64,000 bases of DNA from Eledone cirrhosa (GCA_964016885.1 OZ024741.1:290532001-290596000); one strand, 5' to 3'; shown: positions 1 to 14,776, counted from the stretch's first letter. Translations and numbers: made by a program. Notes: generated by a model not told the origin, from the sequence alone.

Positions 1-1344
1 TATAGAGGTGACACGCTCCTTATAGTTAGGAACTTAAATAAGCAGAGCATGGAAAGATTAAGAAAAAACATTAGAACATTCTTTAAAAAACTAGGTATTA
101 CCTATGAACTGAACTCTAAAAAGGAAAACTTTCTAGACGTAACTCTATACCTAAGCACGGGATTAATAGAACCCTTCCACAAAAATAATGAGAATCTAGC
201 CTACATTAATTATAACTCAAACCACCCCCAATCCATAATTAAATCCATAGCACGAAGTATATCCCTTAGAATATCCCGCTTATCCTCAAACCTAGAAATT
301 TTTAAAGAACATGCTAACTATTATAACGCAGCATTGCGTGGGGCTGGACACTAAGAAAAGCTGCAGTTTATAAAGGATGACAAAACAAATAAACCAATTA
401 ACACCGATACCAACCGCTCATACAAGAATAGAGGTAACCGGACTAGACATAAAACTAGGCAAATGGCACCTAGAGTAGGAGGACCGAACACGAATAATGT
501 AAACCCCAGAAACTATAGAAGAACTAGAGAAAGAAAATACCTTTGGTTTAATCCAATCTTCAACTCCTCTATAACAACTAAACTGCCTTCTACGTTCTTT
601 AAACTAATAGATAAGCACTTCCCTATATCGCATAGATATAATAAAATCTTCAATAGAAAAACTAGAAAACTCTCATACTCTACTGCTGCAAACATTGAAT
701 CGCACATACGCAAGATCAACCACAAGAATACTTCTAGGAAAGATATCCCACCCATACGCAACATAGCACCAAACACAAAACACAAACACATTACAGTATC
801 ACAACCGCAAACGCACATGAACACACCGCAGCAAAACTTCAATAGGCATAAATCACAACCCACATACAATAGCTTACAAAAATGCAATGTGAAAGCTGCA
901 CAGAGTAATACCCCGAATTGCAACTGTCACCTACCGGATAAGTGCCCACTAGCGAATATGTGCCTTGATTTGGGCCTAGTGTACATGTGTACTATAGACT
1001 CGGGCAACTCCACCTGGCACTACATTGGATCCACCGCGGGTGCGTTTAAAAAAAGATGGTATGTGCACAGACATTCAATGAAGAACCGTGCACTGATAAA
1101 TTCTACAACCCTCTCCAATAAAATCTGGCAACTTAAGGACAAACACCTTGATTATAATATTAGCTGGTCGAAATTGGCGACCGCAAAGACATATAGCAGC
1201 GGTATGCCCTACTGCGGGCTCTGCAACCTTAAATTGCTGCATATCTTAACGAACGATAAAATGCTACTCAACAGCAAAATAGAAAGGTCAATTTTCTGTA
1301 GAGATAGGATTGCTACAAAATTCACGAGATTTAAACAAACGTGA
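1..1344 (+). pseudogene. Penelope-like element (Naiad-like): 3' part of RT, linker and GIY-YIG endonuclease, cut by the window start
   Basis: One frame from base 1: YRGD (decayed YRDD), NFLDVTL, YINYNSNHP, WFNP, CNCxxxxxC, VY..YIG, CGLC, LNSK. One in-frame TAA at 352-354. Confidence 0.9.
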
Positions 1345-2294
1345 TTCGAACCAATACCACTTAGCTTTTAACATATGAAATCCGCCTTCCCACACAGCCC
1401 AATACGGAACTATAAACTTCTAAAAATACCTTATAGACTCCCTAATTCTATCCCACTGGAATATGTCTACAACTATCTTATCAGCCCGTAAATCAATCCT
1501 ACCTTCGCTGTTACCCACTACTTCGGACAAAGGATTTATATCTCTCATTAGCACTCACGATCTCTAACAGATGAACCTAATTCTAAGTACATTATTTTAT
1601 TACTCCTACACCCCTTGCAATCTCACTTTCCTCTTCTTCTTCTTCTTCTTCTTCTTCTTATTATTATTATTATTATGAACATCTCAATATAGCCCTAATA
1701 TTATTCATCATGTTCTATATACCTACCATGCACATTTCACTACTTTACTACCTTCTGTTATTTATACACGATTTGTTATTGATGCTGTGAAAACTAAACC
1801 CCCACGATTCGAACTAACAATCTCCACCTTTAGTATAGGCCACTTAAATAACGAATCTACAACTCTATTTAGCACCATATAAAAACTATCATCATCACTA
1901 AATTAATCAAATGAAAATGTTTATCTGTCAAATAATAAATAAATAAAAAGCAAATCTCCGGTTTATTGCTAGAATACCTACAGCACAGTGGATCCCTCAT
2001 AAATTCTGTCTCCAAGTACATCTTAGTGGTTACTGTTATCTAGTCGCTACCCTATCACTATATCTAATGTACCCTATAGCAGTTTTCACATGTCAATTCC
2101 ATACATCTGTATCATATCAGTCTGTTTAACATGCCAGATTCTCCATTATACTCTATCTCTTACTTATATTGATGTTATTATTTTAATTATTATTTTAATA
2201 TATATATATATATGTGTGCATGTATATATATATATATATACATACTACTGTACGTCTGTATACATATATGTATGTACATATACATACATGCATA

Positions 2295-2370
<76 letters not shown>

Positions 2371-2388
2371 TACATATATATATATATA

Positions 2389-2507
2389 GTTATTAAAATA
2401 ACAGATTAAAGTTTAAGCAAAGAATCGGTGCTTTCACCCTTAACGTGTTCTTATATATTTGATATATATTTATCCTTATCGAGCCCTTTTGGGATTTTAG
2501 TCTTCAA

Positions 2508-2512
<5 letters not shown>
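2389..2512. mobile_element. Family B PLE terminal fragment with inverted 5' part
   Basis: 2389-2445 is the reverse complement of 45411-45465; 2447-2512 matches 45481-45547 directly. Flanked by (TA)n and (TAT)n. Confidence 0.75.
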
Positions 2513-2555
<43 letters not shown>

Positions 2556-2560
2556 TATAT

Positions 2561-4095
2561 ATGAAAGACGTAAATAAGAAAGTTATGAAAATTGACTTAC
2601 TAAAATTTCATTCCAACTAATTAGTTTCTGTAAGGGGATAAATATGGTTACGGAGCGTTTCCATAGAGAAGCCTTACGTCATCAGGGAGTCTATTCTCAG
2701 CTAAGCTTCCAGGCAATGCGGGGACACTGGGAACTTATATAAAAATAATTCAGTGGATGGAAAGAAGCGAGCGGGGACTAGATTCCAAGACATTGAAAAA
2801 TTCGCTGCCTACTTGGTCGAGTGGCAAATTCAAAATAATCAATCACGTGACACTGAGGTTAATCAGCTAGGAGTGGGGTGCTATTAAGACAGAGCCTAGC
2901 CACTACTATTACTCACAGTAGTAATTTCGGAAAGTTTTGCTCAACAAATAATTTGGAGATAATTATAAAGAATTAGTATATTTACCAACATATGTATACA
3001 GATGCATACGTATGCTAGCAAATATATATGTTTTGTCTTAGTAACTTTGTGGTTCTATGCAAGGGGATGCAGAACAATTATATGAAAGACGTAAATAAGA
3101 AAGTTATGAAAATTGACTTACTTACTAAAATTTCACTCCAACTAATTAGTTTCTGTAAGGGGATAAATATGGTTACGGAGCGTTTCCATTTGCCACTCGA
3201 CCAAGTAGGCAGCGAATTTTTCAATGTCTTGGAATCTAGTCCCCGCTCGCTTCTTTCCATCCACTGAATTATTTTTATATAAGTTCCCAGTGTCCCCGCA
3301 TTGCCTGGAAGCTTAGCTGAGAATAGACTCCCTGATGACGTAAGGCTTCTCTATGGAACGCCCCGTAACCATATTTATCCCCTTACAGAAACTAATTAGT
3401 TGGAGTGAAATTTTAGTAAGTAAGTCAATTTTCATAACTTTCTTATTTACGTCTTTCATATAATTGTTCTGCATCCCCTTGCATAGAACCACAAAGTTAC
3501 TAAGACAAAACATATATATTTGCTAGCATACGTATGCATCTGTATACATATGTTGGTAAATATACTAATTCTTTATAATTATCTCCAAATTATTTGTTGA
3601 GCAAAACTTTCCGAAATTACTACTGTGAGTAATAGTAGTGGCTAGGCTCTGTCTTAATAGCACCCCACTCCTAGCTGATTAACCTCAGCGTCACGTGATT
3701 GATTCTTTTGAATTTGCCACTCGACCAAGTAGGCAGCGAATTTTTCAATGTCTTGGAATCTAGTCCCCGCTCGCTTCTTTCCATCCACTGAATTATTTTT
3801 ATATAAGTTCCCAGTGTCCCCGCATTGCCTGGAAGCTTAGCTGAGAATAGACTCCCTGATGATGTAAGGCTTCTCTATGGAAACGCTCCGTAACCATATT
3901 TATCCCCTTACAGAAACTAATTAGTTGGAATGAAATTTTAGTAAGTAAGTCAATTTTCATAACTTTCTTATTTACGTCTTTCATATATTTGTTCTGCATC
4001 CCCTTGCATAGAACCACAAAGTTACTAAGACAAAACATATATATTTGCTAGCATACGTATGCATCTGTATACATATGTTGGTAAATATACTAATT

Positions 4096-4100
<5 letters not shown>
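2561..4100. mobile_element. Family C non-coding element: ~525-bp unit in partial tandem plus inverted copy
   Basis: TTTGCCACTCGACC recurs at 3189 and 3713; 2561-3188 is the reverse complement of ~3352-3985; (TA)n on both sides. Confidence 0.85.
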
Positions 4101-4127
<27 letters not shown>

Positions 4128-4133
<6 letters not shown>

Positions 4134-4287
4134 ATACTTGGGGAGGGTCATATTGTTGTAATAATATTGCCAGAAATAATAACAGAACACACTCACTGTT
4201 TGGTTTGTTTTCGCTTCTGTATCTTTTATATCTCCATAGTTTATTCATTTGGTCCTCAATATTTATTATTGATTGACGAACGGTTAA

Positions 4288-4324
<37 letters not shown>

Positions 4325-4467
4325 AGATCTAGAAGCGAAAACCAACCAAACAGTGAGTGTGTTCTGTTATTATTTCTGGCAATATTATTACAACAATATG
4401 ACCCTCCCCAAGTATGACAATATTTATTTCGACACACGATTTCATATCAAAAACTTGCAAAACAATT
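4128..4467. mobile_element. Family D fold-back non-autonomous PLE-like element
   Basis: 4128-4220 is inverted at 4330-4420; the right arm carries an extra tail; same family at 43243-43630. Confidence 0.8.
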
Positions 4468-4539
4468 ATATAAATATATATATATATATATATATTCAAT
4501 GATATTAAATAAATGGAAACTATATTTATAAACCATATT

Positions 4540-4600
4540 TATTCTATTATATATATTTCAAGGGTACCAAAACTTTGGTACGCTTTCATCAGATAAAATA
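4540..4600 (-). ncRNA. Type I hammerhead ribozyme (family A)
   Basis: Reverse complement reads TATTTTAT-CTGATGA-AAGCGTACC/GGTACCCTT-GAAA-TATATAT-A^ATAGAATA. Confidence 0.8.
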
Positions 4601-4941
4601 CAAAGTTTATTTTATAAATTTATTTTATGGAATGGATAGTACAGACCTGTGCTAAGGTTTAAGGTTACAACTAAGAAGTTAACGATTTTGTAATTATTCT
4701 CTATTTCTAAATTAAGGTTGTAGTTGTTGAAAAATTGTATTATGGATTTTTTTTTCATCTTAATTTAACTATTGCTATGGTTTTCAATTAAAAGTAACAT
4801 ATCGTCACAATATAAACCTCCGGTCATCTCTGTCATGTTCCTATGCAGTACATTATTAATAAATAATCCAACGAGGTCCGTTACTTGCGCCGAGTCAGAT
4901 GATCCCATAGCGATATCAAAATTGTTTTTTCTGTCGGCTCT

Positions 4942-6019
4942 TGTAACCTTAAACCTTAGCACAGGTCTTTACTATCCATTCCATAAAATTAACGAAAATT
5001 TAAATTACGTAAGTTTTAATTCTAATCATCCTAGAAATATTAAAAGCACTCTTGTCAATAGCGTCCAACAACGGATTTCACGAATCTCTGGTAATAAAAA
5101 TATTTTTGATGATAAGGAAGAATATTACAATGAAGCTTTACATAGAGCAGGATACTCGAATAAAATTAAATACATAGATAACAATAACATGACAAATCAT
5201 CCTAAAATTAATTATAATAATAATAAACAATTTAACTTAAACACTAAACCAAACAAAAAAACTACAGCTAGAAATATTATTTGGTACTCCCCCCCATTCT
5301 CATTAAGCGTTAAAACACCTTTAGCAAAGCTATTCTTTAAATCACTAGATAAATGTTTTCCTAAAGCCCACAGATACCACTCTATTTTTAACAGACACAC
5401 TATAAAACTATGCTACTCTACTACTATGAACATAGCACAACATATAAATAGAATTAATAATAGAAACTTAAATTTAAACCCTAACCAAACTAACCAAAAT
5501 AGCAATAATAATATTTCTAACAACAATATTCAGAATAATAGTACCGTTCCGAACAACAACAACTCCAGAAAATGTAACTGTAGAATTAAATCAAATTGCC
5601 CCTTACAAAATAATTGCTTAGACAAAAACGTAATTTATAAATGCACAGTTAAAACTAGAGACAAAGTATTTAATTATATTGGTGCCACTTCTACACAATT
5701 CAAAGAATGCTGGTATAACCATAGACACACATTTAAAAGATCTGACAACCATAGACACACATTTAAGAGATCTTCCACTTCACCATCACATTTAATTTGG
5801 AACTTAAAAGACAACAATATAGACTATTCAATATCTTGGGGAACGATTTCGAAACACCTGCATACCGAAATATAGCTTTCTCAAGATTCTGTAACTTGTG
5901 TATCGAGGAATTTTTTTAATATAATTAACTGTCAAAACTCTATTAATCTTAAAACAGAATTATTTTCTTCTTGCAGACATCGCCAACATTCCACTTTCAG
6001 AAGTATTTTTAATTTATGA
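4942..6019 (+). pseudogene. PLE RT thumb, CxCx5C linker and GIY-YIG (frameshifted near the C-terminus)
   Basis: VTLNLSTG, SNHP, WYSPPFS, CNCRIKSNC, VIY..YIG; CNLC and CRH continue in another frame after ~5860. Confidence 0.88.
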
Positions 6020-7183
6020 TATTCATTACACTTATACACCTTCAAAATGATCCTATTTTCTTAAAAAATTTAAATGTAAATTCTTTTCTTTTTTTTTTTA
6101 AATGATCTTCCTTCTTAATTTTTTAATATTTCTACTATTTTTACCTTTTGACATTAATTTTTTAATTTTTTTAATATATACTTTTTAATATTTTTTACTT
6201 CTGACATTATTTTCCTAATGATACCCCTCTAAATATATTTTTTTTAGATGTAGATTGATAATCTTTAATTGACATTCTGAAAATTTATCCTCTTTACGAT
6301 AGTTCTTCGAAATGCACATTACGTTTTCCCTCTCCTTTTGATCTTCAAACTTTCACACATCTTTCGACTAAAATAATTAATCTCACACAAAATAATATAT
6401 AATTTTCTCTATATATTTTCTGAGTAAATCATTCATCAAATTTAACGGTTAGCAAACAAGATTGGTGTTATCTTTCCCTTTTCAATCGTGCAAACATAAA
6501 CATTATAATATAATATGTACGATAAACTATATAACTTCGCTAAATTAACAATATTCTGAAAACATTTTCAATGTTGGAAAAAAATATTAGAATCTACAAA
6601 TTGTTCTCCTCTTACAACTTGAACCACCTGTTTTTTTTATGTAAAATACAAAATCAACGTCCTTCGTAACTCATATCAGAAATATAAACAATTAATAATT
6701 GTAAATTATTTCTATTTCTATAATACTTATACATACACAATTATTAATCTATATAGATATTTATATACATATAACCTATTGTAATGTAATAAGATAAACT
6801 ATACTTACAACCATAATTCTTCATATAATCTAATTGATTATATATACAATATTATAACTCATAATATAGCTAAATAAATTAAAATTCTGGAATCATATTC
6901 CACCATTCCCCCAAATTGTTAATTCCTTTTAAATTAACGTAAATCAAGCTCTTCTTCCCTTTTCTTCTTCCTACTCATACATACATATATCCTAATTATT
7001 TAAATTCTGCATAGCGTCTAAAATAACGTTTTTTCAGCCCTATACCTCAAGCTCATTTGCATACTCATCTTAATAATTTGAAATATCTGACTTTTCTTCT
7101 CTTATCCCTTCACTATCCAAGGAAAACTTGAACCGTTAAGGTATTTTTTCTTGGTTATGTCAAAATTTATAAAACAAACTTTG

Positions 7184-7244
7184 TATTTTATCTGATGAAA
7201 GCGTACCAAAGTTTTGTTACCCTTGAAATATATATAATAGAATA
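7184..7244 (+). ncRNA. Type I hammerhead ribozyme (family A)
   Basis: Helix I TATTTTAT/ATAGAATA, core CTGATGA, stem II, GAAA, palindromic (AT)4 stem III, AUA cleavage triplet. Confidence 0.8.
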
Positions 7245-7404
7245 AATATGGTTTTATAAATATAGTTTTCATTTATTTAATGTCATTGAATATTATACTC
7301 CAGAAAATCAGTCGAGTGCTCTGCATCAGTTATAAACATTTATATTTGTAGAATTACCAACAAATTGAATATCCCCTTTGCTTATATATATATATATATA
7401 TGAG

Positions 7405-7656
7405 GGTCAGCTCAAAAGTGACACAAAGGAGACTGAGGTTAGCTGAACATGCTCACCGACATCCAGAGTTGACATTGCAATCAGTGCTCCTGTGGGAGCC
7501 TCTACGTGGACGCACTGGAAGAGGAAGACCAGGTTAACGTATGTTGATGCCCCAAGGACAGAGACTGGTCTGTTGGAGACGCAGAACATGGCAGCGATAA
7601 TAAGGGACAGAGACCGCTGGAGAGAACTCGTCCATGGATCTCGGGAATTTTACCCG

Positions 7657-7659
<3 letters not shown>
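7405..7659 (+). mobile_element. LINE (RTE-like) 3' end fragment
   Basis: GRGRP and DRDRWRELV-type C-terminal motifs, followed by (TA)n. Confidence 0.6.
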
Positions 7660-7729
<70 letters not shown>

Positions 7730-7749
7730 CACACACACATATACATATT

Positions 7750-7822
7750 TAACCGTAGAGCAAATATTTATTATAAGAACAGATTAAAGTTTAAGCAAAC
7801 AGTCGCTGCTTTCACCCTTAAC
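7750..7822 (-). mobile_element. Family B fragment
   Basis: Reverse complement matches 45411-45483. Confidence 0.7.
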
Positions 7823-8159
7823 GCAAATGTAATGTTCGGCGCTTTATCTATTTGGAATTTCTGCACTTTTTAAACATTTAACAACTAATGCTAAGTTTAT
7901 TTAGGTAAGATTTGAATTCACAGCGCAGAGATCCATAACAGACACTTAACACAGTGCTCCAACAACTCTTCCAACTCGTCAACACAGGTATCGATAAATG
8001 GATACTAAAATGACGTAAATAGATGTAGGACCAGATGTTACAACAGACATATACTTATTGAATGCATCTATACTATAATAAATGGATGAGTATGGGACAG
8101 CGTCCGTTTTATATTTTTTAATCCCGTTAGTAAAATAAGTTGGATGACTTTCTATAAAT

Positions 8160-8475
8160 AATTGTTTCTACTTTTGGCACAAAGCCAGCAATTATCCCAG
8201 TGTATTACTGGTACTTTATTTTATCGACCCCGTAAGGATGAAAGGTAAAGTTAACCTCGGCGGGATTTGAACTCAGACCATAAAGGGCCGTAACTCTTTG
8301 CTGCAAAGCATGGCGTCAGGCCCTCTACCGATACTGCCAATCCACCGCCACTTTCTATAAATAATTGTTTCTAATTTTGGCACAAGGCCAGCAATTACTC
8401 AGTGCATTACTGGTACTTTATTTTATCGACCCAGTAAGGATGAAAGGCAAAGTTAACCTCGGCGGGATTTGAATA
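8160..8475 (-). mobile_element. Two tandem tRNA-derived SINE copies (second one partial)
   Basis: Minus strand has A box TGGCAGTATCGG, B box GAGTTCAAATC and core CCTTTCATCCTTACGGGGTCGATAAAATAAAGTACCAG; many copies in the window. Confidence 0.8.
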
Positions 8476-9068
8476 AATAATGAATAAATATTATATAATT
8501 TATGTACTAAATTTCGTAGCTGTTGATTTAACATAAATATACTTATATATAATGATTGCTTATTTTAAGATTCACTTCTATTAAAATTTTCAAATGTCAA
8601 TACTTCCGATTATGATATAACAGACGCTATATCACTTATCGCTTATATAAACGTTAATATATTTTCATCGTTATAGCATAACGTTTATATTTCTGTTTTC
8701 ATTACATTTCACCGTAATGCAGTTTATATATAATATCGTCTTTTTTAAATGTATCATGGATTACTTTACTGATTACAGAAGAGAGTGTAACACAGTCTCT
8801 CTTCAATTTGTGTGCATATTGTCAATTAGGATTTTATTTGACGTATCATATCTACATGCATATATATTTTCATATAATATCAATATGCACACTACACATG
8901 CTAACAGAAAACTGGTAGTAATTGTAATAAATAACAGTGAGCATATTAAGGAATCGAACAAGGAACACGGATATTCTGAACAGGAGGGTCATATATTTCT
9001 CAGCTGAGAAAAAGCCGACATACGCAAACATTACACTCTTCCTATATACATAATTTATGTGTATGTAT

Positions 9069-9154
<86 letters not shown>

Positions 9155-9582
9155 TTATATATATATATACATATATACACATATATATACACAGAGTAAG
9201 GAAGAGAAAGAAAAATATGAATAGATAGACAGATATAGATATGTAGCTATATAGACACCACCATTCAGTTATACGTACACGAATAGAAAATAGAGCTGCA
9301 TTTATGTTTAGTGACAGTTTCAAAAATACACAGTGAAATGGACAGGACAAACAACAGAATTTCTATCCGCGTGTTATAATTACAAAACTTACAAGGAAGC
9401 TATACAGACAATAACTAATATCATATTTGTCATGTTCAATGCCATGTTTGACCAAATATATCGTTGTGGTTAATTGTTTCCAATTTTAGCTTTCCCATAA
9501 TGGAAACAATTAAAATGTCTAGAGAGACATGCATAAGTGCATATAGACACACACATGTATATATATATATATGCAAATTTAC

Positions 9583-9702
<120 letters not shown>

Positions 9703-9782
9703 GCATGTATGAATATATGCATAAATATACATACAAATATGTATATATATATATATGTATATGTGTATGCACACACACACAC

Positions 9783-9826
<44 letters not shown>

Positions 9827-10913
9827 GATCACAATATATCTTTATTGTTATAAGAAAACTGTTCAGTTCCCCAAATATTTTAATTAGAAGTTGTAGTCTG
9901 TTTTAAAGAATTTCCATATGTTATTCAATCCTTTGTGAAAGATAATTTCATTCCTACAACATATTATTTATTTTTCCATCTATTTCGACAAAATGAATGT
10001 TACCATTGCTTCAGCTTTCTGGCATTGAAATTTGAAATGTACGTTCACACCATTTTTGAAATGGGGTATAGAATTGTTTTATTTCTTTAGAAATTTCTTG
10101 CGGCAGTGGTTTCTTTTATTTTTTTGTGCTTTTTTAAAAACTTCTTTGGTCTCACGAATGAGTGACAATTTTTTTCTTTTCGTAAGTATCCAATTGTAAG
10201 AATGTAAAACAAGAAAAAAAAAAAAACAAGAAATAAAACATAACCGCCACCACCATTCCATCAACACCAACATCAACCACACAACCACCACTACCAATGA
10301 AAACAAAAACATCAGCATCATCATCAACAGCAAATATTAAAAAAATAATAATAATAACAACAACATTATTTATCACAGGTGGGAAATTAATTTACCTGGA
10401 GCAAACGAAAGTTGAATCTAACCAATATATATATATATATATATACAGTATATATATGTTTGTGTGTGTTCAAGGAAACGACCAATATATATAAATATAT
10501 TATATATATATATATATATATACGTGTGGGTGGTACAGGGGTAGGTGGCTGTGCATAATTAACATAATGATTTTGTTCATTTGTAAATGTCAAAAAGTCG
10601 CCGTTGATTGAGTGGATTTTGTGCAGTGTTGCATAAATTGTAAAGGAACCGTTTCATAATTTGACGTTTCGTCTTTGTCTGTTCGTTATTTGGAAACTCG
10701 TTGGAGTCTATGTACAAAATATATGATTGGCACGTGGCCTTTGTAAGGATATATAGTTAGTGTTGTGTTGGCTTATATCTGCTTTCTATATGATTCGGCG
10801 TCTGTTGTATTGCATATTTTGAAAAACCCATTATACCCCACCCCCACACACATATGTATATATAAACACATTTGTGTGTTTGTGTGTGTAAAGTGAGAGA
10901 CAGAGACAAAGAC

Positions 10914-11173
<260 letters not shown>

Positions 11174-11658
11174 ATATATATATATGTATGTAGGTATGTA
11201 TGTATGTATGTATGTATGTATGTATGTATGTATGTATGTATGAAGAAAAAGAATACAGTTACCTAAAATTCTGTGAGGCAATACATTTGCAGTCAACCAG
11301 CTGCGGATGAGTGCGGATTTCGTTCAAATCCCACCACATCTAAGGATGTAATGGTGATCTGCCATCTCATCTCTCCTCAATATTGCAGTCTATTGGTACT
11401 TCAATAGGATCCAGCACAGGGTGATATATACATGCATACATGTCTCTGTCTGTTTGTTCCGATCTCTCTCCCTCTCGCTCTTGTCACACACACACGCGTA
11501 TATAAACAAAAGAGCAAAAATGAAGGGCTCATTCTACTGACATGGCGTTAAAAATGAGACTTGTTTGCATAATTGCAAACGAATCAAATGTTATTAATAT
11601 TTGAAAAACTCAGATTACATTTATTGTATATATATATATACACGCATATAGAGCGAGC

Positions 11659-11755
<97 letters not shown>

Positions 11756-11805
11756 AATGAAAGGATTACAAAGGAGAATTTATACTGTTAGAATTGGCAC
11801 TGTTA

Positions 11806-11886
<81 letters not shown>

Positions 11887-11889
<3 letters not shown>

Positions 11890-12070
11890 GGTAAACAGAA
11901 ATAACAACACAATCGGTACAGTATATGGAAGGTATATATTAGGTTAACGTTTCATATAGCATGAAGATCGTCTTAACATTTCGGACGCTAGTTCTTCATC
12001 AGAAGAAAGAATGAGAAATAAGATAGATTGAGGGGACGGGCGGGATACAATTGGAAAAATGTATATATAA
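11887..12070 (-). mobile_element. Family L PLE 3' terminus with mutated HHR (11971-12006)
   Basis: Reverse complement matches ~18705-18882; reads TCTT-CTGATGA-AGAACTAGCGTCC-GAAATGTT-AAGA. Confidence 0.75.
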
Positions 12071-12187
12071 ACATATTTTTTCACAAGTATGTGAGATTGT
12101 GTGTTGTCGACCTTAACCAGTGTTGCTCTATGATTATGAGAGACAAGATAATCGAAATAATTAAATTGACACAATATCAGAGCTATG

Positions 12188-12837
<650 letters not shown>

Positions 12838-13740
12838 CTTAAATTGTAGAATTGGTCATTCTTCAATATTAACCATCATGTAGTATAAGGAAAGAAATTG
12901 ACGTTACGCATTTCATCCATCTTTGATGTTGATCTCATTGGTGGTGCGGGCACGAAGTTAAAATTATAGTATAGGGTAAACATTTTTCCAATTGCATCCC
13001 GCCTGTCCCCTCAATCTATATATAGTGTTTAGAAATGTAAGGGAAACAGAGACATAAGACAATTCCGCTCTTCAGTTGTCTGTTGTGGGTTTCTGATGTT
13101 TCGACGCATTAAAGACAATACATCTATACACAGTGCGTTAATAACTTCAGGAAGGCAAGGAAAAGACAAACAAGAGACGATAGCGAAGAGAAAAAAAATA
13201 AACAGAAGAAAAAAGAATATATACAGATAGAGAGGGAGAAACACGAGACATTATACATGTATGTAGCAGTAACCACGGGGAGACAGGAAGAAGTTAAAAA
13301 GGTGGCTGTGTGTAAGCCCTGAGGCCTTATTAACAGCATCAGAGGGAGCGAAGAGAAACACGTCTGATCTTAGCGAGAACAAGCGCAAGGAGGGAGAGAC
13401 GAAGGAAAACGGAAGTAGAAAGGGAGCAGAGAGAGAGGCGGAGAAAGGGGATAATGGTAGGAGAGAAAGAGGATAAGTGAGTGGGAGAGAGAGAGAGAGA
13501 GGAAGAGGGAGAGAGAGAGAATACGTGAGTGGGAGAGAGGGTGAGAAAGGGAGAGATAGAAAGAGGGAGAAAGGCGGAAGGAAAGAGTTAATCCAAATGG
13601 TAGGACTGAAGCCCAAGACCGTGATAACAAGAAGCTAGATAGAGAAAATAGAACGGAGGTCACAGCAATAAATTAATAAGAATTAAAAGGGACAAGGTGC
13701 TGTGTGGTTACCAATAAAGAGTGTTTAGAAATGTAAAGGA

Positions 13741-13783
<43 letters not shown>

Positions 13784-14121
13784 TTAAATTGAAGAAAACC
13801 AAGGTCTTTAAATTAAATCCATCATTAATCTCTACAATCGTTTCTATGTTCTGCCGATCTCACTGTCTATAACAGCAATAACTTTAACCTTCTGGAGACA
13901 CTTTTTGTATCCTTTAAGTACACATTGAACTTTTCACACCATACTAAAAGTATACTAATACTGGCCCTCTTAAACAATGCCAGGATCACATGCTGACACT
14001 AATGCAACAACGATTATATAATATAAAATAAATTAATATAATATAATACATGAATATTGCTTGTTTTTATCTGTTAACTCTTGTTCGTAGATTACACAAC
14101 CTAACAAATCTGTAGAGCTCA

Positions 14122-14155
<34 letters not shown>

Positions 14156-14252
14156 TATGTGTGTCTGTGTGTGTGTGTGTGTGTTTGTGCGTGCGTGCGT
14201 GTGTGTGTATGTATGGATATATGTATGTGTCTAGGTATATGTATACATACAT

Positions 14253-14289
<37 letters not shown>

Positions 14290-14384
14290 CAGATTGTGTT
14301 GATATTTCTGTTTACCTTTTACACACACACATATATATATATACACACACACACACGCATATATATATGTATATATATGTATTC

Positions 14385-14422
<38 letters not shown>

Positions 14423-14512
14423 GTAGGTCCCGGGTTGAGTCGAGGATAACCACAGTAAGTAAGGTACTCAATACATGGCAGAGTAAAATTTTTTATTTTA
14501 TTTTATAGAAGG

Positions 14513-14563
14513 AGCTTCTACAGGACTAGTACTGTTTCATTCAGATGAAATCTTCAGGAAGCT
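14513..14563 (-). ncRNA. Type I hammerhead ribozyme (family I)
   Basis: AGCTTC-CTGAAGA-T-TTCATCTGAA-T-GAAA-CAG(tactagtc)CTG-TA^GAAGCT; all three helices pair. Confidence 0.9.
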
Positions 14564-14725
14564 GGTTATAAGGGCACTAGGGTGTGCTTGGATACGTAGG
14601 TCCCGGGTTGAGTCGGGGATAACCACAGTAAGTAAGGTACTCAATACATGGGTGAGTAAAATTTTTTTTATTTTATAGAAGGAGCTTCTACAGGACTAGT
14701 ACTGTTTCATTCAGATGAAATCTTC

Positions 14726-14776
14726 AGCTTCCTGAAGATTTCATCTGAATGAAACAGTACTAGTCCTGTAGAAGCT
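14726..14776 (+). ncRNA. Type I hammerhead ribozyme (family I)
   Basis: Identical to the minus-strand copy; GUA cleavage triplet. Confidence 0.9.

Larger units (their letters stand above)
4494..7383 (+). mobile_element. Family A Naiad-like PLE, 5'-truncated, with inverted RT segment and inverted pseudo-LTR
   Basis: Minus-strand RT motifs (MGSSDSAQVTDLVGL, LYCDD) at 4622-4940; plus-strand thumb and GIY-YIG from ~4942; terminal repeat 7165-7292 inverted at 4494-4620; (TA)n flanks. Confidence 0.9.

Noticed and set aside
3028-4038. Repeated 66-79 aa ORF (MFCLSNF...)
   Set aside because: Lies within the repeat unit; C-termini differ with junctions; no recognisable domain.
4772-5875. 367-aa ORF as an intact gene
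   Set aside because: The first ~57 codons are the antisense of an inverted RT piece; the ORF is chimeric and frameshifted.
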